A stretch of 64,000 bases of DNA from positions 2,400,001 to 2,464,000 of the forward strand of contig OZ253462.1 in NCBI GenBank assembly GCA_965261395.1, in the 5' to 3' direction. Of the stretch, positions 49,566 to 58,939 are shown one piece after another. The notes under the pieces were generated by a model. The model searched no databases, was not told where the DNA came from, and was given only the letters and a program-made list of their open reading frames with translations. Within the stretch, counting starts at the first letter, position 1; every line of letters starts with the position of its first letter. Source of the DNA: Candidatus Latescibacterota bacterium (GTDB taxonomy: Bacteria > Latescibacterota > UBA2968 > UBA8231). Made by a program: the position numbers and the translations under genes.

Positions 49566-50663
49566 GTGTTGCCGTTCACGCGCATCGTCCGCGCGCTGCC
49601 GCCGACCGTCCCTTTTGTGCCGCCCGAGGCCTTGGAGAGGCAACAGGGGCAGCCGCTCGCTCTGCGGGTTGGGGCCAATGAGAGCAATTTCGGGATCTCG
49701 CCGCGAGCGCGGCAGGCCATGGTGGAGGCGGTGGATCAAGTGCATTGGTACAACGACCCGGAGGGATACGAGCTGCGCTCGGCGCTGGCGGTGCGGCACG
49801 GGGTGGCGCTGGAAGAGGTCGCCTTGGGCGCGGGTATCGATGAAATCTTGGGACTTTTGGTGCGCCTTTTCGCCGAGCCGGGCGACGCGGTGGTGACCTC
49901 GCTGGGGGCCTATCCCACGTTCAATTACCACGTCGAGGGGTACGGGGCGGTGCTGCACAAGGTGCCCTATCGCGCGGATCGGGAGGACTTGCCGGCCCTG
50001 TTGGATAAGGCGCGGCAAGTGCGTCCCAAGCTGCTTTACGTGGCCAATCCCGACAATCCCATGGGCACCTATCAGCGGGCCGACGAGTTGCGGGATCTTA
50101 TCGCGGAGTTGCCGCCGGGCTGTGTGTTGCTGCTCGACGAAGCGTACATCGACTTCGCGCCTGTGGATGCGCATCTACCGCTGGACACGGAACGGGCGCA
50201 GGTGGTGCGGCTGCGGACGTTTTCCAAGGCACACGGCATGGCCGGGGCGAGAATCGGCTATGCGCTGGCGCACCGCGACATGGTGGCCGCGCTCGACAAA
50301 ATCCGCAACCACTTTGGCGTCAACCGCATCGCCCAGGCTGGCGCGCTCGCTTCGCTGGGCGACGACGAGTTTGTGCGGCAAGTGGTGCGGCAAGTGGAGG
50401 AAGGTCGGCGGGAATACGCTTCGCTGGCGGTGGAATTGGGACTGAAAACGGTGCCTTCGGCGACCAATTTCGTGGCACTCGACGTGGGCAGTGGTAAGCG
50501 TGCGCGGTGCCTGATGCAGGTGCTTTTGCAGCGCGGAGTCTTCGTGCGGATGCCGGGCGTGGCCCCGCTCGACCGCTGCATCCGCCTGACCGTGGGACCA
50601 GCCGCCGAGCGGCAAGCCTTTGCGAAGGTGTTGCGCGAGGTGTTGCCGAAATTAGATACGTGA
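49566..50663 (+). CDS. Class I/II PLP aminotransferase (HisC-like)
   Basis: GANES, ANPDNPMG, LDEAY, RTFSKAHGMAGARIGY. Confidence 0.85.
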   Translation: MLPFTRIVRALPPTVPFVPPEALERQQGQPLALRVGANESNFGISPRARQAMVEAVDQVHWYNDPEGYELRSALAVRHGVALEEVALGAGIDEILGLLVRLFAEPGDAVVTSLGAYPTFNYHVEGYGAVLHKVPYRADREDLPALLDKARQVRPKLLYVANPDNPMGTYQRADELRDLIAELPPGCVLLLDEAYIDFAPVDAHLPLDTERAQVVRLRTFSKAHGMAGARIGYALAHRDMVAALDKIRNHFGVNRIAQAGALASLGDDEFVRQVVRQVEEGRREYASLAVELGLKTVPSATNFVALDVGSGKRARCLMQVLLQRGVFVRMPGVAPLDRCIRLTVGPAAERQAFAKVLREVLPKLDT

Positions 50664-50796
50664 GGAAGGGGCAAACGCCCAACTTAAAAGCATAAACTAA
50701 TGAAAATTCCCGTTTTTGAGTCGGCTATGAACATAGGGGTCGAAGGACAATACGCCGAGTTGCTTTTCATGCAGCAAGGCCTTGGAGATATTGCAA

Positions 50797-53700
50797 ATGG
50801 AACATCTGGATCGAATCGTTGCCTATTGGCGTGCATGTCTTGCAGACAGTGCTCGTCGTAATATTGACTCAAGCAGACTTGAAAAGGCTCATTCAGTTGA
50901 GATTACTATAGAGCCATCAAGGAGTTATATACCCTCACAGATAGCCAGCAGAATGGTGGATGATTTTAAGAGGAAAGAGAAGAAAAAAACATCGCGTCAG
51001 AAAGCTGTTTCTCAAGAAAAATCGACTGAAGAAGGTGAGCTTGTCAGTGTATTGATATGCCCAATTGTTGCACGTCCAAAAACCGATCATACGATCCGCA
51101 GGGTAGGGAGAGAAAAGCCATTGACACCTGTGTGGATACCAGCTCGGTTATCGCGGGATGGGGATCTCACTCCTTCCGACGAGTTCATGCCGTGGATTCC
51201 ACGAGATCTACTAGCGCCAGCTCAGGTGGCAGAGACTATTGGCAATGTTGAAGCGATGGATCACTTCCTCACACACAATCCGACGATTCAAAATGGAGAA
51301 AACCCTGACAATGAACCTCGCTGGATCGATGTGTGTCAATACAGTAATGATATGCTACAACGCGTTGTCGGACAGACGGTTGAAGAGTTCGATGTTAAAG
51401 GTTATGAAAGAGAGGTAACTCCCCGCATTTTACTCAATGAGGATGTATGGTTCATCCCGTCTCATATTATCAGACTATACGACGCGATTTTGCTCAGACT
51501 CGAGGATGAGTCGTTAGCACCTCCCAAACTTTTACCTCGCTTAACGTCTTTGCGTGATGAACCGCTGCGTCCCTTGCTGGATGAGAACCAAAGGGTTGAA
51601 AAATCAGCTCAACATCTCGGGTACATGGAGTGGCGTCATCCGTTATCCGTATCTCAACGTGAAGCTGTCGATCACTTTTTAACTTTGTCGGATGGGGGAA
51701 TACTAGCGATCAATGGCCCACCGGGAACGGGTAAGACGACATTGCTGCAAAGTGTTGTCGCCTCATTGTGGGTTGATGCAGCTTTACATGAGCGTGAACC
51801 GCCGGTTATTTTTGCGTCTTCGTCGAACAACCAAGCTGTCACCAATGTTATAGACAGCTTTGGAGACGTACCTGAAGATAAATCTTTGTTGAGAGGCCGA
51901 TGGATTCCAGAGCTCAAGAGTTATGGCCTCTTTTGTCCATCTTCAAGCAGAGCACAGGAAGCTCTGGACAGACAGTATCAAATAACAACGAGCTGGCCCA
52001 ATCCCAGCGGATTTTTCCTACCGCCAAGTTCTGAAAATTCTGAAAAATGGAATGGAGGCAATATCGAGGACGAAGTATTTATTTCTCTCGCTGAGCAGTA
52101 TTTTCTCGAGCGTTGTCGTGACTATATGAAGAGTTGTGGAAATATGAATGTCGTCAATGTCAAGGACGCGGTCAGATTGCTGCATCGACAACTTGAGGAG
52201 AAGACCAATGTTATTTACCAAGGGGTTCAAACATGGTTGCAGGTGGAGCGTATCAAAACCGAATTATCGGACCGTTATGGCAGTCGTGGAGGTATTGAAA
52301 CACATCTGACCCAGTGTGCAAATGATTTGGAAGTATGCCAGAAGGAAATCGTTCAATACAGAGAAGCTCAACAAGGCTGGCTGAACCATGTAGATACCGT
52401 TGTTTCATTCTTCAAACAGCTTGTTAAGGGTGCTCGAAACCAAGAACAGGGTTTCGCCGAGAAACTACGTCAAGCTGGACGTGATTGGCGAGATCATGCG
52501 GATACCATTCTTTTATTCTTCGAGCAGCGTGTCAAGGAGGCTGGGAATCAAGAACGAGATTTCGCCGAGAAACTACATCAAATACAAACTGGATTATCAG
52601 ACCTCTATGGCGGCGGTCATAGGGGCATTGAAACACATCTGACCCAGTGTGCAAATGATTTGGAGACATGTCAGAAAAAGATAGTTCAATACAGAGAAGT
52701 CCAACAAGGCTGGCTGGACCATGTAGATACCGTTCTTTCTTTCTTCAAGCAGCTTGTCGAGGACGCTGAGAACCAGGAACAGGGTTTCGCCGAGAAACTA
52801 CATCAAGCTGGACGTGATTGGCGAGATCATGCGGATACCATTCTTTTATTCTTCGAGCAGCGTGTCAAGGAGGCTGGGAATCAGGAACGGGGTTTCGCCG
52901 AGAAACTACATCAAATACAAACTGGATTATCGGACCTCTATGGTAGTCACGGGGGCATTGAAACGCGCCTGACCCAGTGTGCAAATGATTTGGAAGTATG
53001 CCAGAAGGAAATCGTTCAATACAGAGAAGCCCAACACGACTGGCTGGACCATGTGGATACCGTTATTCCATTCTTCAAGCAGCTTGTCAAGGACGCTGAG
53101 AACCAGGAACAGGGTTTCGCCGAGAAACTACATCAAGCTGGACGTGATTGGCGAGATCATGCGGATACCATTCTTTTATTCTTCGAGCAGCGTGTCAAGG
53201 AGGCTGGGAATCAGGAACGGGGTTTCGCCGAGAAACTACATCAAATACAAACTGGATTATCGGACCTCTATGGTAGTCGCGGAGGCGTTGAAACACATCT
53301 GACCCAGTGTGCAAATGATTTGGAGACATGTCAGAAAAAGATCGTTCAATACAGAGAAGCTCAACAAGGCTGGCTGGACCATGTGGATACCATGCCATGG
53401 TGGATGACACTATTTGGATTTCTCCCATGGGTCAAAGGCCGTATCGAGATACGCAATCGACGTTATCTTTTGTCTATTCGTTCGACGTGTCTAGTTGATC
53501 CATTGGATATCAAAGGTATCATGGATTTCTTCGACGGGTGTGTCAAGGAGGCTGAGAACCAAGAACGGGATTGCGCCGAAAGACTGCATCAAATCGAACG
53601 CGATTGGCGAGATCATGCGGACACCATTTTTTCATTCTTCGACGGGTGTGTCAAGGAGGCTGAGAACCAAGAACGGGATTGTGCCGAAAGACTGCATCAA

Positions 53701-55314
53701 ATCGAACGCGATTGGCGAGATCATGCGGACACCATTTTTTCATTCTTCGACGGGTGTGTCAAGGAGGCTGAGAACCAGGAACGGGGTTTCATCGAAAAGC
53801 TGCGTCAAGTCGAACGCGACTGGCGAGACCATGCGGACACCATTTTTTCATTCTTCGACGGGTGTGTCAAGGAGGCTGAGAACCAGGAACGGGGTTTCAT
53901 CGAAAAGCTGCGTCAAGTCGAACGCGACTGGCGAGACTATGCAGGCACCATTCTTTCATTCTTCGAGCAGCGTATCAAGGACGTTCGGAACCAAGAACAG
54001 GGTTTTGCCGAAAAGCTGCGTCAGGCCAAACGCGATTGGGCGAGATTGCAGAGAGAGGAACAGGCATGGGACGCTTGGTGTGCTCAACATGAATTTTCTA
54101 CCGATCGTTCTTCTCTGCTCGATACCATGGATACCCGCTTGCGCTATACTGCCTTTAAATTGGCAACCCATTACTGGGAAGGCCGGTGGTTGCTTGAAAT
54201 GCGTGAGCAGTTCAATACAGACTACAAAGAAAGTCAATCAGAAAAAAAACAGAAGAAACGGTGGCGGCGTTATGCAAAGTTGGCCCCCTGCTTTGTCTCA
54301 ACCCTATACACACTGCCTAACCTAATGCATGCTTTTAACGGTAAACATGTAACATTGTTCGACTTCATCGACCTTCTTATTATTGATGAAGCTGGCCAAG
54401 TTTCCCCTGATGTGAGTGGCGCGACGTTTGCATTAGCCAAAAAAGCTCTCGTTGTGGGGGACATGCAGCAAATTGAACCTATATGGGGCATCACTGAGTC
54501 TATTGATATTGGTAACTTACGCGAGAAAAAGGTGGTCTCCACCGGCGATGAAGATGAAATATCAGCATTTTTTTCTACAGGTCTTGCGGCCTCAAGCGGA
54601 AATCTTATGAAAGTCGCACAGCGCGCTAGCCCATATCAAAAATCTGATGAGCGTGGCCTCTTTGAGCGTGGTATGTTTTTGACGGAACATCGTCGCTGTG
54701 TACCAGAGATTATTCAGTACTGCAACCGACTCGCGTATGGAGGACGTCTGATCCCGATGCGGGAGAGTGAGGTGGATTATCCACTACCTCATCTTGGCTA
54801 CGCACATATTTCTGGACAATCACGTCGAGTGGGAGGCAGTCGGGACAATCGAGATGAGGCGACTGTTATTGTAAGATGGATTGCAGAGCATCGTGACATG
54901 CTTGCATCGCATTACTCTAAGAAGAGCTTGAGCTTGGATCAGATCGTCGCAATCGTTACGCCTTTTAGACCGCAGGCCAACCTGCTCCAGGAGCTGCTGA
55001 AGAAGTCCGGTATTACTGAGTCGTTAAAGGTTGGTACCGTCCATATCTTACAAGGAGCAGAGTGCCCCGTCGTGATCTTTTCTCCTGTATATGGTATCGA
55101 TGATCGCCCACCGTATTTTTTTGATCGTGGCAATTCCATGCTCAATGTGGCAGTTTCACGTGCTAAAGACAGCTTTCTCGTTTTTGGGAACATGAACAAT
55201 TTTGATCAGAAGGCTTCTTCAAAACCATCAGGCCTCTTAGCCAGTTTCTTGTTTCAAGATGAAGCAAATGGAATCACTCAAGCTGCGTCCGTGCGTGACC
55301 CTCTATTCGGATAA
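50797..55314 (+). CDS. SF1 (DNA2/NAM7-like) helicase with a large internal helical repeat expansion
   Basis: SQREAV, GPPGTGKTT, SSNNQAV, IDEAGQ, VGDMQQ, HRRC, VTPF, TVHILQGAE, LNVAVSRAK; visibly lower GC. Confidence 0.9.
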   Translation: MEHLDRIVAYWRACLADSARRNIDSSRLEKAHSVEITIEPSRSYIPSQIASRMVDDFKRKEKKKTSRQKAVSQEKSTEEGELVSVLICPIVARPKTDHTIRRVGREKPLTPVWIPARLSRDGDLTPSDEFMPWIPRDLLAPAQVAETIGNVEAMDHFLTHNPTIQNGENPDNEPRWIDVCQYSNDMLQRVVGQTVEEFDVKGYEREVTPRILLNEDVWFIPSHIIRLYDAILLRLEDESLAPPKLLPRLTSLRDEPLRPLLDENQRVEKSAQHLGYMEWRHPLSVSQREAVDHFLTLSDGGILAINGPPGTGKTTLLQSVVASLWVDAALHEREPPVIFASSSNNQAVTNVIDSFGDVPEDKSLLRGRWIPELKSYGLFCPSSSRAQEALDRQYQITTSWPNPSGFFLPPSSENSEKWNGGNIEDEVFISLAEQYFLERCRDYMKSCGNMNVVNVKDAVRLLHRQLEEKTNVIYQGVQTWLQVERIKTELSDRYGSRGGIETHLTQCANDLEVCQKEIVQYREAQQGWLNHVDTVVSFFKQLVKGARNQEQGFAEKLRQAGRDWRDHADTILLFFEQRVKEAGNQERDFAEKLHQIQTGLSDLYGGGHRGIETHLTQCANDLETCQKKIVQYREVQQGWLDHVDTVLSFFKQLVEDAENQEQGFAEKLHQAGRDWRDHADTILLFFEQRVKEAGNQERGFAEKLHQIQTGLSDLYGSHGGIETRLTQCANDLEVCQKEIVQYREAQHDWLDHVDTVIPFFKQLVKDAENQEQGFAEKLHQAGRDWRDHADTILLFFEQRVKEAGNQERGFAEKLHQIQTGLSDLYGSRGGVETHLTQCANDLETCQKKIVQYREAQQGWLDHVDTMPWWMTLFGFLPWVKGRIEIRNRRYLLSIRSTCLVDPLDIKGIMDFFDGCVKEAENQERDCAERLHQIERDWRDHADTIFSFFDGCVKEAENQERDCAERLHQIERDWRDHADTIFSFFDGCVKEAENQERGFIEKLRQVERDWRDHADTIFSFFDGCVKEAENQERGFIEKLRQVERDWRDYAGTILSFFEQRIKDVRNQEQGFAEKLRQAKRDWARLQREEQAWDAWCAQHEFSTDRSSLLDTMDTRLRYTAFKLATHYWEGRWLLEMREQFNTDYKESQSEKKQKKRWRRYAKLAPCFVSTLYTLPNLMHAFNGKHVTLFDFIDLLIIDEAGQVSPDVSGATFALAKKALVVGDMQQIEPIWGITESIDIGNLREKKVVSTGDEDEISAFFSTGLAASSGNLMKVAQRASPYQKSDERGLFERGMFLTEHRRCVPEIIQYCNRLAYGGRLIPMRESEVDYPLPHLGYAHISGQSRRVGGSRDNRDEATVIVRWIAEHRDMLASHYSKKSLSLDQIVAIVTPFRPQANLLQELLKKSGITESLKVGTVHILQGAECPVVIFSPVYGIDDRPPYFFDRGNSMLNVAVSRAKDSFLVFGNMNNFDQKASSKPSGLLASFLFQDEANGITQAASVRDPLFG
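52255..53391 (+). repeat. In-frame tandem repeat, about 330-bp unit, three copies plus a partial
   Basis: Anchor GACCCAGTGT at 52308, 52641, 52971, 53301. Confidence 0.92.
53525..54040 (+). repeat. In-frame tandem repeat, 108-bp unit, about five copies
   Basis: GA following TTCTTC at 53533, 53641, 53749, 53857, 53965. Confidence 0.92.
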
Positions 55315-55357
55315 AATCCATGGCCACCGATCCAGCGCTCCTCCACCGTGATCCCCA
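55309..55357 (+). repeat. Dead allele of the 5' end of the class III aminotransferase (direct repeat of 56044-56092)
   Basis: 42/49 identical; MATDPALLHRDP versus MTTDPALLHRDP. Confidence 0.9.
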
Positions 55358-55379
55358 CTCGGCGCGTACCCTCAACTGA

Positions 55380-55512
55380 CTGTTGAGTTAAAACGAAATC
55401 CCCGTAACATCAGACGATTTTACGGGGATTTCAGGACCCGGTGGCCCTGCAAAAGAGGCTTATATCGCTAAAATCAGCCCTTTTCCGTAGATTATTCCAA
55501 ATAACTCAACAG
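55380..55512. mobile_element. Putative MITE or IS remnant with 11-bp terminal inverted repeats and an internal hairpin
   Basis: CTGTTGAGTTA (55380-90) and TAACTCAACAG (55502-12); GAAATCCCCGTAA...TTACGGGGATTTC (55395-55432). Confidence 0.5.
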
Positions 55513-55570
55513 CTTCTAAAGGGAGTAGAGGCGGCATTTGAAACGAAATCTGAGGAAGGGAGCCTACACT

Positions 55571-55771
55571 ATGCCACCTGTCAAAGAGCAGTATATCATC
55601 GACGAAAATGGTCAGCGCGTCAGCGTGGTGCTCGAAATCGGTGCCTACCAAAAGCTGCTGGAAGAGCTAGAGGAGCTAGAATCGATTCGGGCCTACGACC
55701 AAGCTAAGTCGAGAGACGATGAGGCGATTCCTTTTGAGCAAGCGGTGGAAGAAATCGAAAGGGAGCGCTGA
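55571..55771 (+). CDS. Antitoxin of a RelE-type toxin
   Basis: QYIIDENGQRVSVVL..YQKLLEELEE..IPFEQ; immediately upstream of the toxin. Confidence 0.8.
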   Translation: MPPVKEQYIIDENGQRVSVVLEIGAYQKLLEELEELESIRAYDQAKSRDDEAIPFEQAVEEIERER

Positions 55772-55773
55772 AA

Positions 55774-56025
55774 TTGTACGATCTTAGAATCCGGCGGCAA
55801 GCGCAGAGAGAGTTGGCCCAATTGCCGTCTGGGATCTATGAGAAGGTGCGCGATGCTGTGCGGATGCTGGCCAACCAACCCCGTCCAGCAGGATGCCGCA
55901 AACTGAAGGGTCGTGAAGGCTGGCGCATCCGGGCTGGGGATTACCGAGTAATTTATGAAATTGACGATCAGCAGAGTACAGTGACGGTTTTACACATTGG
56001 ACATCGTCGAGATGTTTACCGCTGA
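55774..56025 (+). CDS. relE: RelE/ParE-family toxin
   Basis: PRPAGCRKLKG..WRIRAGDYRVIYEIDD..IGHRRDVY. Confidence 0.9.
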   Translation: MYDLRIRRQAQRELAQLPSGIYEKVRDAVRMLANQPRPAGCRKLKGREGWRIRAGDYRVIYEIDDQQSTVTVLHIGHRRDVYR

Positions 56026-56054
56026 ATGCGAGACTGGCTACTTGGATAAAACCC

Positions 56055-57410
56055 ATGACTACCGACCCAGCGCTCCTCCACCGCGACCCGCAATACACCT
56101 ACCCGGTCCTCGTCAAAGGCGAGGGGATTTATTTGTACGACGAAACCGGCAATCGCTATATCGACGGCACGGCCGGGGCCGGCAACGTCACCTTGGGCCA
56201 CGGTCGCCATGCTATCGTCGAGGCCATGGCCGCCCAAGGGCGGGAGTTGGCGTATTGCTTTTCGACGTTCTTTACCAATAAGCCGGCCCTCGAGTACGCC
56301 CGCCGCTTGGCCGAGCTGGCTCCCGGAGATTTGAACCACGCGTACTTTGTCTCAGGCGGCTCCGAAGGCGTGGAGACGACTATTAAACTGGCCCGTTTGT
56401 ACCATTTGCAGAGGGGCCAGGCGCAAAAACACCAGATCATTGGTCGCTGGCGCGGCTATCACGGCGCTACTTTGGGTGCCTTGGCCGCTACCGGGATGCC
56501 GGGACTGCGGGCACCCTTTGAGCCTTATCTGCCGGCTTTTCCGCACATTGCCTCTTGCTATCCCTACCGCTGCGCTTTTGCTGGTTGCGCGGATCGCTGC
56601 AATTTGACCTGTGCCCGACAGTTAGAAGAGACCATCCGCGAGGTAGGGGCTGACAACATCGCCGCCTTTATCGCCGAGCCGGTGGTCATGGCCGGGATCG
56701 CTGCCGGGGCTCCGCCGCCCGATTACTATCCCCTCATCCGCCAGATCTGCGACGAGCACGACGTCCTCTTTATCGCCGACGAGATCATCACCGGCTTTGG
56801 CCGCACCGGCAAACTCTTTGCCATTGAGCACTGGGATGTGGTGCCCGATATGATTGTTTTCGGCAAAGGGGCCAGCAGTGGGTATGCGCCCTTGGGAGGG
56901 GTATTGCTGAGCGAACAGATGAGGGAGGGTCTCACTCGCAACGGCCAAGCCCTACCGCACGTTTTTACCTATGTCAACAACCCAGTGTCTATGCGGGCCG
57001 GCTTGGCCGTACTGGAGTTGCTGGAAGAAGAAGGCATCGTGGAACACGCCGCTCAGGTCGGGGCCTATTTGCAGGAAAAGGCCCAGGGCTTGACGCGCCA
57101 TCCTTGCGTCGGCCAAGTGCGTGGCAAGGGCCTGATGTTGGGCATTGAACTGGTCCAGGATCGCCGCAGTCGCAAGCCCTTTCCCTCCGAGTGGGGCGCG
57201 TCGCGTCGCGTGCCCCAACTTACTTTGGAACGGGGCTTGGCCATTTCGGGCACTAGCGGGGGAGCCGACTGGATTGAGGGCGACGATTTGCGCTTTTACC
57301 CGCCGCTGATCATTACCCGGCAACAGCTCGACGAGTCCTTGGCCATCATCGACGAGTGTTTGGGCCTGCTGGAAGGGGAAATGCGGCAAAAGGGCTGGGT
57401 GCCAACCTAG
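56055..57410 (+). CDS. Aminotransferase class III
   Basis: GEGIYL, SGGSE, YHG, FIAEPV, ADEIITGFGRTG, FGKG. Confidence 0.9.
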   Translation: MTTDPALLHRDPQYTYPVLVKGEGIYLYDETGNRYIDGTAGAGNVTLGHGRHAIVEAMAAQGRELAYCFSTFFTNKPALEYARRLAELAPGDLNHAYFVSGGSEGVETTIKLARLYHLQRGQAQKHQIIGRWRGYHGATLGALAATGMPGLRAPFEPYLPAFPHIASCYPYRCAFAGCADRCNLTCARQLEETIREVGADNIAAFIAEPVVMAGIAAGAPPPDYYPLIRQICDEHDVLFIADEIITGFGRTGKLFAIEHWDVVPDMIVFGKGASSGYAPLGGVLLSEQMREGLTRNGQALPHVFTYVNNPVSMRAGLAVLELLEEEGIVEHAAQVGAYLQEKAQGLTRHPCVGQVRGKGLMLGIELVQDRRSRKPFPSEWGASRRVPQLTLERGLAISGTSGGADWIEGDDLRFYPPLIITRQQLDESLAIIDECLGLLEGEMRQKGWVPT

Positions 57411-57443
57411 CCAGTGTTCCGCAACCGAAACCGCGAAACGACC

Positions 57444-58937
57444 CTATTCAATAGGCCAGATTGCCCCCATCTGCCATACGTCCAGTGATCGCACCGTCGC
57501 CTTGCCGCCTCGTGCAAATAGCTGTACGCCGAGACTATCCGGGCGGGCGGGATAGATGCGCTTGGCCAAATAATGGCGGTCATTGGCGAAAACCTCCACC
57601 ACGCTCCGATCCACGAATACCCGCAATTCTATCGGCTTGCCGTAAGGGAGATCAAACGCACACCGTTGCGATTCGCGATTGCTCACCTCTGGACTGGTGC
57701 TGGACCGATTCACGTCCAAAATCAACTCCCTGAGCGGTCTAATCTCTTGCGGCGCACGGTTGGCAGACCATGGATTGAGGTTGAAACGAATAAGGGTTTG
57801 CTCTGCGCCGTCCGGCGAACAGCAAACTTTCAACCCGAATTCTTCGGCACTCTCCCATTCAAACACCGCTCGAATTTCCAGCCGGTTCCCTTTGATCTCG
57901 TCGAGTTGATTCTCTTCGTTTGCGGTCAATTGGATGTCGGAAAAATGCGCGTGCTCACCTCGCAACGCCTCTAATTCTGGAACGGGTTCCATGAGCAGAT
58001 CGCCGTCAGCGGACAACGACAGAACCATTGGGAGGGCAAATATCCCCGCCCAGCTAGAGGCGCGTTGGACGTAACTATAGCGTCCTTCATGGAGGCGGCC
58101 GAATAGAATGCGGCGGCCTTGGTCATCCAGTAACGTTAAGCCCTCGTTGTACACACCCGGGCGACCTACTTCGCCGAGTGCTAACCGCTTATGGCGTTCC
58201 GGAGTGAACCTGTGGTTGGCGTACGTGCCGATGTAGAATTGCGCCCCACGCGGGTGACTGGTGAAGGACAGTACATGTTTGTCCCCCAAACGGAAAAAGT
58301 CAGGGCAGCCGCAGTCCTCGCCCCACTCTGTGAAACGGCCTCCCTCGTAGAAGGGATGCAAATACTCCCAATGAGCGAGGTCTGTGGAGGTAAATAGATA
58401 CGCCGCATCTGGGGGGGCCGCACCGCTGTTTCCAGTCAGCGCGTAGTAGGTATCTCCTTCGACCCAAGCACATGGGGCACCAGCGATCCGATATTCATCT
58501 CCTGCCTGCGGATTAGGTATAATCGGGTTCGCCGGATGCTTTTCCCAATGGATAAGCAGATCATCGTCGCTGGTGGCGAGACAGATACCATCCGGCAAGC
58601 CGTGATAGATAAATGTGGGCACCCCTTCTTTATTGATAAACGCGGCACCGCTGTAGCATTGGTCCCGGTCTGCCCCCTCCGGCCCGGGCGGCAGCGCAAT
58701 CGGATGGTCCGTCCAGAGAACCAAATCCGCACTGGAGGCGTGGCCCCAATGGATCGTGCCGTGGAAAGCCCCATTGGGATTGTACTGGTAAAAGATGTGG
58801 TATCTGCCTTGCCAGAAAATGGTTCCGTTCGGGTCGTTCATCCAGTTGATCGGGGCTAGAAAATGGTACGCTGGACGGTGCGGGTCCGACGCCAGTTGCA
58901 GACGGCGTGGATCCATGTCGCTTTTCGATTCAGTCAT
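57444..58937 (-). CDS. GH32-family protein with non-canonical catalytic motifs
   Basis: WMNDPNG, HWGHA, YSG, CPDFF, FVDRSVVEVFAN. Confidence 0.85.
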   Translation of the reverse strand: MTESKSDMDPRRLQLASDPHRPAYHFLAPINWMNDPNGTIFWQGRYHIFYQYNPNGAFHGTIHWGHASSADLVLWTDHPIALPPGPEGADRDQCYSGAAFINKEGVPTFIYHGLPDGICLATSDDDLLIHWEKHPANPIIPNPQAGDEYRIAGAPCAWVEGDTYYALTGNSGAAPPDAAYLFTSTDLAHWEYLHPFYEGGRFTEWGEDCGCPDFFRLGDKHVLSFTSHPRGAQFYIGTYANHRFTPERHKRLALGEVGRPGVYNEGLTLLDDQGRRILFGRLHEGRYSYVQRASSWAGIFALPMVLSLSADGDLLMEPVPELEALRGEHAHFSDIQLTANEENQLDEIKGNRLEIRAVFEWESAEEFGLKVCCSPDGAEQTLIRFNLNPWSANRAPQEIRPLRELILDVNRSSTSPEVSNRESQRCAFDLPYGKPIELRVFVDRSVVEVFANDRHYLAKRIYPARPDSLGVQLFARGGKATVRSLDVWQMGAIWPIE

Positions 58938-58939
58938 CT

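Noticed and set aside
52255-54040. Regular repeats considered as a CRISPR array or DGR template/variable pair
   Set aside because: Units are contiguous, multiples of 3 and coding, with no unique spacers; no cas or reverse transcriptase gene is in the window.
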